From the IMG/VR virus record IMGVR_UViG_3300031785_000002, positions 1-57,033 of that record: a stretch of 57,033 bases of DNA; one strand, written 5' to 3'. The position numbers were made by a program, and so were the translations under genes. This stretch comes from a virus. Its lineage: Duplodnaviria; Caudoviricetes. How positions within the stretch are numbered: position 1 is the stretch's first letter; the number at the start of each line of letters is the position of its first letter. Of this stretch, positions 35,528 to 44,488 are shown piece after piece. A model generated the notes under the pieces. The model was not told the DNA's origin and ran no database searches. It worked only from the letters and a program-made list of their open reading frames with translations.

Positions 35528-36160
35528 CTATTTTTCGTAAAAGTACTCTTCTGTATCCCCTAGCCTGTACTTATTGCCAGATTCTACCTGATAATATTCG
35601 GTAGATACCTTGAAATCGGGCATTGATGGGTTCTCTGGCGTTAGGGAGTTGTCATATACCCGCATTCTGTTGTTCGGGTACAGTGCATATTGCCCGTTCT
35701 CTAGCTCTATCAGGTTAAATGACTTGTGTTCCTCTGGAATTTCGGAGGTTGAGTAGTCTATTTCGTCTGCCTGTGCGTGATAATTGTCTAACGTACAGAT
35801 ATATGTGCCGTAAAAGTTGCCCTCATCGCGTGTTCGGACCTCAAAATCCATAGAACCGATAAATTGCTTGTAAATAGACGTGACACCATAGTCCATACAG
35901 TTCCAGAATTGCAGATTGGGTAGGGACAGGTCGGGTTCTGGCGTTTTAGGCTCTGACACAAAGGCGCTAATCGGTAGTTTGTCGTACAGAGCGCCGTAAT
36001 GAGGTAGGTAAGTCTCAAAGTAAAAGGCTCTGCCGGGAATGGACTTCGCTGTTACCCAATGCCCCTCAACAAATTCACCATGTCCCTCTTGATGGTCCAT
36101 GAGATATTCTTTGCGAACATAGACTTTAGCGTTTGGAATATTGGTCAGTAGTGTTGACAT
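35528..36160 (-). CDS. conserved marine phage hypothetical protein
   Basis: VYVRKEYL.D...GHGEF...SIPGRAFYFE...YDKLPISAF...QFWNC. Confidence 0.7.
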   Translation of the reverse strand: MSTLLTNIPNAKVYVRKEYLMDHQEGHGEFVEGHWVTAKSIPGRAFYFETYLPHYGALYDKLPISAFVSEPKTPEPDLSLPNLQFWNCMDYGVTSIYKQFIGSMDFEVRTRDEGNFYGTYICTLDNYHAQADEIDYSTSEIPEEHKSFNLIELENGQYALYPNNRMRVYDNSLTPENPSMPDFKVSTEYYQVESGNKYRLGDTEEYFYEK

Positions 36161-36374
36161 TTGTAAATTCCATATCGTCTGGGTGTACACAGCTTGTTAG
36201 CTTAAATATCATGGGAACTTGTATCATTCTGAATACATCTATCGAATCTTCAATCATTTCCACAATACGAGTCTTGCATTCTTCCTCAGTATCATAAGGA
36301 CCACGATCATCACTTATGAGTATGCAGTCAGCGGGGTTTGCTATATGACAAGCTACAATGAAGGCTTTAAACAT
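36126..36374 (-). CDS. hypothetical protein
   Basis: MFKA.IVAC...C...D.RGPY.T.EEC..R motif; AGGAG RBS. Confidence 0.6.
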   Translation of the reverse strand: MFKAFIVACHIANPADCILISDDRGPYDTEEECKTRIVEMIEDSIDVFRMIQVPMIFKLTSCVHPDDMEFTNVNTTDQYSKR

Positions 36375-36587
36375 TCAACACATCTCCTTATCGGTACAGG
36401 AAACAGGATAGCATTGAATAGTTACATTTAGATACTTATTTCCGTTGTTTTTATCACTCACCTCTTCATAAGAAGAAAATTCGCAATGTTCATGATGATA
36501 ATCTTCTTTTAACACATCCTGTCTACTTAAAACCCATTCTGTGCCTGTGTGAGTCCACATACTTAATACAAGGGCAAACTCTTTCAT
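36375..36587 (-). CDS. hypothetical protein
   Basis: Coupled ORF. Confidence 0.5.
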   Translation of the reverse strand: MKEFALVLSMWTHTGTEWVLSRQDVLKEDYHHEHCEFSSYEEVSDKNNGNKYLNVTIQCYPVSCTDKEMC

Positions 36588-36805
36588 CAGAAAAGTATCC
36601 CATGCTTTTTAATTTTGTTCAGGTCTTTCAGATGCTCAAGTCCGTGTTTGGCACATAAAGTTTTGCCGTAAGTTTTAATAAGTGCTGGTTCGCCGCATCT
36701 AGTGGTACGATTCTCTTTAGTAACAAAGGCCTCACAAACTTCCTGCATTTGAGATACATTCTTCGATGATGCACTCTTCAAGGTCGATTTGTTCTGCGTC
36801 ATCAT
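36587..36805 (-). CDS. hypothetical Cys/His protein
   Basis: GGGAGAGG RBS; C...C...CAKH. Confidence 0.45.
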   Translation of the reverse strand: MMTQNKSTLKSASSKNVSQMQEVCEAFVTKENRTTRCGEPALIKTYGKTLCAKHGLEHLKDLNKIKKHGILF

Positions 36806-36925
36806 TGCCTCTCCCCTTTTTGTCAGAAGGGTTCTGCGGCTCTGGCCTTTCCGATTCATGATGACTATATGCTGTAGGTTTTTTTTCTACAATAAAAGCC
36901 AAAGCCGCTTTCCCCTACCATGCTT

Positions 36926-37097
36926 CCAGAGTTGTCTGGTCCGGTAAAACGCCTAGCCATCTCTAAATGCCCGAAAGCGGGATGGAGTGGTCCCCATCCG
37001 AATAGGATGCGCTAGGCCAATGCACCCGTCCTAGATCAGCGGCTCTATATACTGCGTGTGTCAAATGACTGCGCGGCGAGTTCCGGTCACTAGGACG
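36926..37097. ncRNA. two-domain structured non-coding element (RNA or ssDNA)
   Basis: GCCTAGC/GCTAGGC and CGTCCTAG/CTAGGACG outer stems enclosing further hairpins. Confidence 0.5.
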
Positions 37098-37104
37098 TTT
37101 GCTA

Positions 37105-37194
37105 ATGTACTATAGTACATATGTACTATATAGTACATACTAGTATTATATATTATATACATATCTAGTTAAAGTACATAATGTACTATATACT
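37105..37194. repeat. AT-rich GTAC-palindrome element B
   Basis: ATGTACTATAGTACAT, ATGTACTATATAGTACAT, AGTACATAATGTACT palindromes in tandem. Confidence 0.65.
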
Positions 37195-37201
37195 AAAATT
37201 T

Positions 37202-37271
37202 GAAGCGCAACGTCTCCCGGCGCTTCCGGTGGGGTAGAGCATCCTCCCTTGCTCCCCCACCGTCATTTTTT
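37202..37271 (+). ncRNA. two-hairpin sRNA/leader with CUCCC loops
   Basis: GAAGCGC-aacgtctcccg-GCGCTTC then CGGTGGGG..GAGC-atcctccct-TGCTC-CCCCACCG-tcaTTTTTT; TATACT at 37189. Confidence 0.5.
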
Positions 37272-37289
37272 AGGGAGAGGGAGTTTTTT

Positions 37290-37514
37290 ATGAGAGAAGA
37301 TATAATTCGTGCCTTGATTGCTCAAGCCCATGGTAATATCCAACTGCACAAAACAAACATAAAAGTCTATCTATCCAACCCAGCGGGAATAGGAGAGCAT
37401 TCTGATATTCTTGAGGCTATTCAGGGTGAACTTGATAAGATATCAATTCACAGAGACAGAATAGAGATATTGGAAGAAATTGACGATGACCAATATAATA
37501 CAGTTTCCGGGTAA
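37290..37514 (+). CDS. conserved hypothetical protein (NPAGIGEHSD motif)
   Basis: GGGAG RBS; N..VYL.NPAGIGEHSDI.EAI..EL. Confidence 0.65.
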   Translation: MREDIIRALIAQAHGNIQLHKTNIKVYLSNPAGIGEHSDILEAIQGELDKISIHRDRIEILEEIDDDQYNTVSG

Positions 37515-37725
37515 CCCATCTATACATGAAGACCCTGATTTAGACCCAAAAGAAATGTTAGGGGTTCTTCGAGAAGAAGTAACCATGACTGAGGCTATGG
37601 TTATTGGATGGACAGACGAAGGAAATCTGTTTATGGCTACATCTCATGGCAAGGCGGCTGATATGGTGTTTCTGTTAGAGCTTGCCAAATCAGTTTTACT
37701 AAACAGATGCGTGTCTGATGAATAA
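37486..37725 (+). CDS. hypothetical protein
   Basis: NIIQFP N-terminus; VIGW..EG.L...S motif. Confidence 0.6.
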   Translation: MTNIIQFPGNPSIHEDPDLDPKEMLGVLREEVTMTEAMVIGWTDEGNLFMATSHGKAADMVFLLELAKSVLLNRCVSDE

Positions 37726-39226
37726 CACTGCGTTAGTTATGAACAAGATATCTCAGTTGCCTGTGCAACAAAGGCAAGAGATTATTGGTCTATTAGAGGA
37801 ACTGGAAGAGGCAAAAGCCAAAGAGTCGTCCAGAACAGACTTCATAACCTTTGTCAAAAGAATGTGGCCCTCTTTTATTGCTGGGCGTCATCACAGCATT
37901 ATGTCTGATGCGTTTGAGCGTGTGGCAAACGGAGAGCTAAAGCGACTAATCATCAATATGCCGCCACGACATACCAAGTCAGAGTTCGCATCGTATCTGT
38001 TTCCCGCATGGTTTCTTGGCAGATATCCAGAAAAAAAGATTATTCAGACGGCACATACTGCGGAGCTTGCTGTAGGCTTTGGCCGTAAGGTAAGAAACCT
38101 AATCAATCAAGAGGACTTTCAGGAAGTGTTTCCCGGAATATCCCTTTCCGCAGACTCAAAGGCCGCTGGTCGTTGGAATACAAATAAAAAAGGAGACTAC
38201 TTTGCGATTGGTGTCGGCGGTGCAGTTACTGGTAAAGGTGCTGACGTTCTCATTATTGACGACCCACATTCGGAACAGGAAGCGGCACTGGGGGCTTACA
38301 ACCCAGATGTCTATGACAAAGTTTACGAGTGGTACACGTCAGGGCCAAGACAAAGACTCCAGCCCGGAGGAGCGATAATAATTGTTATGACCCGTTGGTC
38401 AACACGCGATTTGACAGGGCAGATAATTAAATCAGCTACACAAAGAGAGGGCGCGGACGAGTGGGAGGTAATTGAGCTTCCTGCAATCCTTCCGTCAGAA
38501 GAGCCACTATGGCCTGAGTTTTGGCCTTTGGACCAGTTACAGGCACTAAAGGCAGAATTGCCTATGTCGAAGTGGTCTGCACAGTATCAGCAAGACCCCA
38601 CAGCAGAAGAAGGAGCGTTGATTAAGCGAGAATGGTGGCAAGAATGGGAATATGATAGCCCGCCACCGTGCGAAGCAATTATACAAAGTTGGGACACAGC
38701 GTTTTTGAAAACGCAACGAGCGGACTACTCTGCCTGTACTACATGGGGTGTGTTTCATCATCCTAATGAAGATGGCGAAACAGTGCCTAATCTAATTTTG
38801 TTAGATGCTTATAAAGAAAAGCTAGAGTTTCCAGAATTAAAACGTGCCGCGTATGATAAATACTGGGAATACGAACCTGACCAAATGGTTGTAGAGAAAA
38901 AGGCCTCTGGTGCGCCTTTAATTTTTGAACTTAGGGCCATGGGCATTCCTGTTACAGAGTTTACACCATCCCGTGGACAGGATAAAATAGCAAGAGTTAA
39001 CGCCGTCAGTGACCTTTTTGCTTCTGGTGTAGTATGGTGTCCAGCCACAAGATGGGCCGAAGAAGTTATTGAGGAGTGCGCGGCGTTTCCTGCGGGAGAG
39101 AATGATGACTTGGTTGACTCTACAACACAAGCATTGCTGAGATTCCGTCAGGGTGGTTGGATTAGAAGCTCTATGGATGACTGGGATGACGAACCAACAT
39201 ACAGAAGACCAGTCGAATATTATTAA
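37718..39226 (+). CDS. terL: terminase large subunit
   Basis: IINMPPRHTKSE, TGKGADVLIIDDP, YQQDP, SWDTA, DDLVDSTTQAL. Confidence 0.95.
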   Translation: MNNTALVMNKISQLPVQQRQEIIGLLEELEEAKAKESSRTDFITFVKRMWPSFIAGRHHSIMSDAFERVANGELKRLIINMPPRHTKSEFASYLFPAWFLGRYPEKKIIQTAHTAELAVGFGRKVRNLINQEDFQEVFPGISLSADSKAAGRWNTNKKGDYFAIGVGGAVTGKGADVLIIDDPHSEQEAALGAYNPDVYDKVYEWYTSGPRQRLQPGGAIIIVMTRWSTRDLTGQIIKSATQREGADEWEVIELPAILPSEEPLWPEFWPLDQLQALKAELPMSKWSAQYQQDPTAEEGALIKREWWQEWEYDSPPPCEAIIQSWDTAFLKTQRADYSACTTWGVFHHPNEDGETVPNLILLDAYKEKLEFPELKRAAYDKYWEYEPDQMVVEKKASGAPLIFELRAMGIPVTEFTPSRGQDKIARVNAVSDLFASGVVWCPATRWAEEVIEECAAFPAGENDDLVDSTTQALLRFRQGGWIRSSMDDWDDEPTYRRPVEYY

Positions 39227-39356
39227 AAGCTGTACATTGAGATATGTTTCTCATAATGAGGTGAAAAAATATCAAGAAAAGGGCTGGAGGGTAGTCTCAG
39301 ACTTTGCAGGCTCCCATCACGCTAGGTATTCTGTTATTATGCAGAAGGACGACTAA
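39186..39356 (+). CDS. small hypothetical protein
   Basis: RYV.H..V..Y...GW.VV....SHH..YSVIM; start uncertain. Confidence 0.4.
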   Translation: MTNQHTEDQSNIIKSCTLRYVSHNEVKKYQEKGWRVVSDFAGSHHARYSVIMQKDD

Positions 39357-39370
39357 CTCAGGAATTTATT

Positions 39371-41818
39371 ATGGCTGTAGAAAAACAAATGTTTCCTGCT
39401 GAATTAGAGATGGCAGGCACAGGTGAGATTGAGGTTGAGGTTGTAAATCCAGACGCCGTTGGCATATCCACTGAGGGCGAGTCAATGGTTATCGACTTTA
39501 CTGGCGAAATGGCTGAAGAGATTATGGGGCCAGAGCATGACGGTAACCTAGCTGAATTTATTGAAGATGCTGACCTACAATCATTAGCGTCTGAAATGGT
39601 TGATGATTTTGTAGCAGATAGGCAGTCTCGTAAAGAGTGGGCGAGGTCTTATGTTAAGGGACTGGACCTACTTGGCATGAAAATAGAGGAGCGCACACAG
39701 CCTTGGGCTGGTGCGGCTGGTGTGTTTCACCCTGTTCTGACTGAAGCAGTTGTCCGTTTTCAGGCTCAGGCCATGGGAGAAATATTCCCTGCATCTGGAC
39801 CTGTAAGAACAAAGGTTGTTGGTAAACGCGACCCAGAAAAAATGGAGCAGGCCACTCGCGTTGAAAACGAAATGAATTATCTTCTGACTGAGGAGATGAG
39901 TGAGTATCGTGATGAAACAGAGCAAATGCTGTTTCGTCTGCCTTTAGCAGGCTCTGCTTTCAAAAAAGTTTACTATGACCCAATAAATGAGCGTCCTGCG
40001 GCAATGTTTGTCCCTGCGGAAGACTTTGTTGTTTCTTATGGTGCGGCTGATTTATCCACCGCCCCTCGTTACACTCACGTTATGAAGAAGACGCCAAATG
40101 AGATTATCGAGCTTCAGGTTAATGGTTTTTACCTTGATGTTGAATTACCTGACCCAGAGCCAGACTATTCAGACATCCAAGAAAAGTATGATGAGATTGA
40201 TGGCGAAACCGCCGTTTTGGAGGACGATGACAGACACACCATCCTTGAGGTTCACGCTGACTTAAACTTGCCAGAGCCTTTCGATGACCCAGATGGCATA
40301 GCTCGTCCGTATGTTGTAACTGTTGATAAATCCAGTTTGACAATTCTGTCCATAAGGAGGAACTGGTATGAAAAAGATATTAAGAAGCGTAAAAGAGCGC
40401 ACTTTGTTCACTACCGATACTTACCGGGACTTGGATTCTACGGAACAGGCCTTATTCATCTTATTGGTGGTCTTGCTAAAAGTGCCACAAGTATTTTGCG
40501 CCAACTTATTGATGCGGGTACACTCTCTAATCTCCCCGCTGGTCTTAAAGCTCGCGGATTGCGTATTAAAGGTGACGATTCGCCTCTCATGCCGGGTGAG
40601 TTCCGTGACGTGGACGTGCCGGGGGGTGCGATTAGGGACTCGATTGCATTCCTTCCTTACAAGGAGCCATCATCAGTATTATACCAACTTCTCGGAAATA
40701 TCGTGGAAGAGGGGAGAAGGATTGGCTCCGTTGCTGATGTACAAGTTGGAAACCTCAACCCGCAAGCTCCGGTCGGAACTACGCTCGCGCTGATGGAGCG
40801 CTCTATGAAGGTAATGTCTGGTGTACAGGCCCGCCTTCACGCCGCCCTCAAAAAAGAACTAAGAATATTGGGCAAAGTAATTAAAGACTACATGGGTCCA
40901 AAATACTCATATGAATTAGATGGTGACTTTAATCGTCAGGAGGATTTCGATGATAGGGTTGATATTATCCCGGTTTCAGACCCCAATGCCGCAACCATGT
41001 CGCAAAGAGTCGTGCAATATCAAGCGGCTATGCAACTTGCTCAACAGGCTCCCAATCTTTACAACATGGGTCAGCTACATCGTCAGATGCTCGAAGTGCT
41101 TGGAATCAAAGACGCCGACCAAATCGTAAAATTGCCAGAGGATGTTGCGCCGTCTGACCCAGTTACAGAAAACATGGCTATCTTAAAACAAGAGCCTGTA
41201 AAGGCATTTAAGTATCAGGACCATGAAGCACACATTCAGGTTCACATTGCCGCCGCACAAGACCCCAAGCTACAGGAAATTGTAGGGCAGTCTCCTTTTG
41301 CTGGCGCAATACAAGCCGCTCTTTCAGCGCATATAACAGAACACGTTGCGTTTCAGTATCGCAAAGAAATCGAGAAAAATCTTGGAGTTGGTATGCCTGA
41401 TGAGGACAAGCCTCTTCCAGAAGATGTTGAGATTGAAATTTCTCGCTTGGCGGCGCAGGCGGCAGACAAACTGCTTAATAAGAATCAGGCAGAGGCCGCA
41501 CAAGAACAGGCCATGCAACAACAGCAAGACCCACTTACACAAATTCAACAGCGTGAGATTGCTCTTAAAGAGGCTGAGTTCCAGCACAAACAACAGCTTG
41601 ACATAGCCAAGCTACAAGCAGATATGGATAAGTCAAAGGCAAATGTTGCTGTTCAAGAGGAAAGAATTGAATCTGAAGAGCGGCGTGATGGCGCAAGGCT
41701 TGGTGTTGATTTAGCTAAGACTCGCTATCAGGGACAGCGCGAAGATTTAAAATACGGCATTGAGCTTGGCAAAGAGCTAACAGAGGAGATTAATGATGCT
41801 GGAAGTGATAAAGGATAA
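39371..41818 (+). CDS. portal protein
   Basis: Follows TerL; HPVLTEAVVRFQAQA, LPLAGSAFKKVYYD, RQLIDAGTLSNLP; long C-terminal coiled coil. Confidence 0.9.
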   Translation: MAVEKQMFPAELEMAGTGEIEVEVVNPDAVGISTEGESMVIDFTGEMAEEIMGPEHDGNLAEFIEDADLQSLASEMVDDFVADRQSRKEWARSYVKGLDLLGMKIEERTQPWAGAAGVFHPVLTEAVVRFQAQAMGEIFPASGPVRTKVVGKRDPEKMEQATRVENEMNYLLTEEMSEYRDETEQMLFRLPLAGSAFKKVYYDPINERPAAMFVPAEDFVVSYGAADLSTAPRYTHVMKKTPNEIIELQVNGFYLDVELPDPEPDYSDIQEKYDEIDGETAVLEDDDRHTILEVHADLNLPEPFDDPDGIARPYVVTVDKSSLTILSIRRNWYEKDIKKRKRAHFVHYRYLPGLGFYGTGLIHLIGGLAKSATSILRQLIDAGTLSNLPAGLKARGLRIKGDDSPLMPGEFRDVDVPGGAIRDSIAFLPYKEPSSVLYQLLGNIVEEGRRIGSVADVQVGNLNPQAPVGTTLALMERSMKVMSGVQARLHAALKKELRILGKVIKDYMGPKYSYELDGDFNRQEDFDDRVDIIPVSDPNAATMSQRVVQYQAAMQLAQQAPNLYNMGQLHRQMLEVLGIKDADQIVKLPEDVAPSDPVTENMAILKQEPVKAFKYQDHEAHIQVHIAAAQDPKLQEIVGQSPFAGAIQAALSAHITEHVAFQYRKEIEKNLGVGMPDEDKPLPEDVEIEISRLAAQAADKLLNKNQAEAAQEQAMQQQQDPLTQIQQREIALKEAEFQHKQQLDIAKLQADMDKSKANVAVQEERIESEERRDGARLGVDLAKTRYQGQREDLKYGIELGKELTEEINDAGSDKG

Positions 41819-41972
41819 AATTCGAGTTTATATGAATGACATAGCTGACCACATGGCTGGTGGGGGATGTCAAGACCATGAAGAGTATATACGCCTTGTC
41901 GGCAAAGTTGAGGCTTTAGCCTTAATAGAGCGTGATATTCTTGATTTGGAAAAAAGACTAGAAGAGGCGTAA
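41793..41972 (+). CDS. 59-aa conserved hypothetical protein
   Basis: Not in ORF track; GAGGAG RBS; MMLEVIKDKIR...GGCQDHEEY..LVG... Confidence 0.65.
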   Translation: MMLEVIKDKIRVYMNDIADHMAGGGCQDHEEYIRLVGKVEALALIERDILDLEKRLEEA

Positions 41973-42072
41973 GGGTTCCGTAAAGCGATTTCTTACGCTA
42001 TATTGTTTTGTGGAGACTTTCAGGGATAACCTGCAAGGTACTGTGAACCTAAATCACTGCAAAGGAACAGAA

Positions 42073-42441
42073 ATGTATTCTGCTGAAAAAACGGTTGACG
42101 AAGATGTCGCCCGCAAGATACCAGAACCCACTGGTTACAAACTCTTAATAAAGCCACTTGAGGTTAAAGAAAAAACAGAAGCCGGTATTTATATGCCAGA
42201 CGCACTGAAGCAAGCGGAACAAACCGCATCAGTCATTGGTTTTGTGGTAAAGGCTGGGCCAGACGCATATAAGGACACAGATAAGTTCCCTAATGGCCCG
42301 TACTGTAAGGAAGGTGACTTCGTAATTTTTCGTTCGTATTCCGGCACACGGTTTAAGATTGAAAAACAGGAGTTCCGTCTGATTAATGATGACACCGTTG
42401 AGGCTGTTGTCGATGACCCAAGGGGATATACAAGAGCATGA
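42073..42441 (+). CDS. groES: GroES-like co-chaperonin
   Basis: PTGYKLLI...KTEAGIY.P...G.VVK.GP...GDFVIF..YSGT...RLINDD.V.AVV. Confidence 0.85.
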   Translation: MYSAEKTVDEDVARKIPEPTGYKLLIKPLEVKEKTEAGIYMPDALKQAEQTASVIGFVVKAGPDAYKDTDKFPNGPYCKEGDFVIFRSYSGTRFKIEKQEFRLINDDTVEAVVDDPRGYTRA

Positions 42442-43382
42442 ATAATAATATAGCCGAAAAACAAGAAGAAGATTTCACTGAGGTGGAGTTGGAATCAAAC
42501 AATGAGCTTGAGGTTGATGTCGTTGACGATACACCTGAAGCAGATAAGGGCAAGCCTCGCCGTGCGGAAGATGCTGAACCGCAAATTCCGGAAGATGATG
42601 AGATTGCAAACTACAGTGAAAATGTGCAGAAGCGCATTAAGCAACTGAAGTATGAGTTTCACGAAGAGCGCCGCCGCAAAGAAGAGGCGTCAAGACTTCA
42701 AGAAGAGGCCGTTAATTACGCCCGAAAAGTTTATGAGGAGAATCAAAAACTTCGTAAAACCCTTGAAGAGGGTGAGGGAGTTTTGGTTGAGCAAGCTAAG
42801 GACCGTGTTGCGGCACAGTTAGACCGTGCAAAATCTGAGTACAAGGAAGCCTATGAGACAGGTGACCCTGACAAGTTAATTGAGGCACAGGAAAAACTTA
42901 CTGCACTCCAGAATGAAAAATTTAGGGTTGAGTCTTACAAGCCAAAGCCTCAGCCAGAGGTTAAGGAAGCTCCAGAGCCACTGGCACAAAAGGCTAAAGT
43001 TCCAGAGCCAGACGCAAAAACAAAAGCGTGGGCCGCTAAGAATGAATGGTTTGGCAATGACACAGCCATGACAGGATTTGCTTTTGGGGTACACGAAAGC
43101 CTCGTAAAAGAGGGTATTAACCCCCAAACACAAGCAGATGAGTATTATGACCGTATTGATGCAGAGATGCGTCAACGGTTCCCAGACAAGTTTGGTGAAC
43201 AGATAATTGAGGAAGAAGCACCTGTTCGTCAAACTGGCCCCGTGGTGGCCCCCGCACAGCGGAGTGCAAAGAAACCACGCAGAGTGCAATTAACCTCAAC
43301 ACAAGTCGCTCTCGCCAAGCGCCTTGGCCTTACGGCAGAACAATATGCGGCGCAACTCTTGAAGGAGGTATCTAATGTCTGA
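42438..43382 (+). CDS. scaffolding protein
   Basis: Acidic coiled coil; YS..VQKRI..L; C-terminal LT..QVA.AKRLGL..EQYA. Confidence 0.75.
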   Translation: MNNNIAEKQEEDFTEVELESNNELEVDVVDDTPEADKGKPRRAEDAEPQIPEDDEIANYSENVQKRIKQLKYEFHEERRRKEEASRLQEEAVNYARKVYEENQKLRKTLEEGEGVLVEQAKDRVAAQLDRAKSEYKEAYETGDPDKLIEAQEKLTALQNEKFRVESYKPKPQPEVKEAPEPLAQKAKVPEPDAKTKAWAAKNEWFGNDTAMTGFAFGVHESLVKEGINPQTQADEYYDRIDAEMRQRFPDKFGEQIIEEEAPVRQTGPVVAPAQRSAKKPRRVQLTSTQVALAKRLGLTAEQYAAQLLKEVSNV

Positions 43383-43818
43383 CAGAACCCCACGCTCAAA
43401 CAAGTCTCGTGATAACGAGGCTCGTAAAAAAACTTGGCAAAGACCAACCATGTTACCTACCCCCGAACCCCGCGATGGTGTTGAATACCGCTGGGTACGC
43501 ACATCTACTTTAGGGCAGGCCGATAACACCAATGTGTCGTCTAAATTTCGTGAGGGCTGGACGCCAGTCAAGGCAGAGGACCATCCTGAATTACAAGTGT
43601 TGCCTGATATCGACTCTCGATTTGAAGGTAATGTTGAGGTTGGAGGCTTGCTACTCTGCGAGAACTCAACCGAATTTGCAGAATCTCGGCGTGAAGCGCA
43701 CGATGAGATGAATGCACAACAGATAGAATCTGTAGATAATAATTATCTACGTCAATCTGACCCTCGTATGCCTGTTCTACAACCAGAACGGTCTACGAAA
43801 ACTTCGTTTGGTAAGTAA
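43375..43818 (+). CDS. conserved head-module protein
   Basis: LP.P.P..G..YRWVR...EGW.PV...VGGLLL. Confidence 0.6.
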   Translation: MSDRTPRSNKSRDNEARKKTWQRPTMLPTPEPRDGVEYRWVRTSTLGQADNTNVSSKFREGWTPVKAEDHPELQVLPDIDSRFEGNVEVGGLLLCENSTEFAESRREAHDEMNAQQIESVDNNYLRQSDPRMPVLQPERSTKTSFGK

Positions 43819-43875
43819 CTTTAATTAGGCGCTTACCGTTATGTTAATGGCTAGATAGAAGAGAGGAATAAGCAA

Positions 43876-44478
43876 ATGTCTTCAACTGCCGCTCCCTTCG
43901 GTCTGCGCCCGATTGGCCGTCTCGACAGTGGTTCTCTTGAGGTTTTCCGTCAGTATCCAATAGCTTCTGGCTATGGCACTGCGATTGCCACAGGGGATAT
44001 TGTTCACCTAGTTGACGGTGGTACAGCCACCACAATCGAAAAGCAGTCCGCTACTGGCGATGATTCGACTGAAATCGATATCGTTGGTATCTTCATGGGG
44101 TGTTCGTACACAGACCCGAACACCAACCAAAAGACGTTCAGCCAGCTATATCCAGCAAGCACTGCCGCTTCTGATATTATGGCGTATGTTGTAGATGACC
44201 CGAATGTGTTGTTTACTATCCAAGCGGATGGTGCGCCAACAAACACAGGCGACATCTATGGCAAGAACACCCTTCTTGTTCAAACTGCTCCAAACACTTC
44301 ACTGAAAATTAGCCGTGTAGCGTTGGACATTTCCGAACTCAGCACAGATGCTCAAAACCCAATTCGGGTTATTGATTATCTTGGTGGTGATCAAGGCGAT
44401 GAGAAAGGTACGTCTTTCCCAATTCTGGTATGTAAGTTCAACTATCACCAGCACGCACTTGCGACTGGTTCAGCGTAA
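43876..44478 (+). CDS. capsid decoration/cement protein
   Basis: APFGLRP...Y.IASGY.TAI..GD.V; immediately upstream of MCP. Confidence 0.6.
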   Translation: MSSTAAPFGLRPIGRLDSGSLEVFRQYPIASGYGTAIATGDIVHLVDGGTATTIEKQSATGDDSTEIDIVGIFMGCSYTDPNTNQKTFSQLYPASTAASDIMAYVVDDPNVLFTIQADGAPTNTGDIYGKNTLLVQTAPNTSLKISRVALDISELSTDAQNPIRVIDYLGGDQGDEKGTSFPILVCKFNYHQHALATGSA

Positions 44479-44488
44479 GGAGTAGAAA

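Noticed and set aside
36926-37097. tRNA or tmRNA call
   Set aside because: No cloverleaf with T-loop and acceptor stem on either strand
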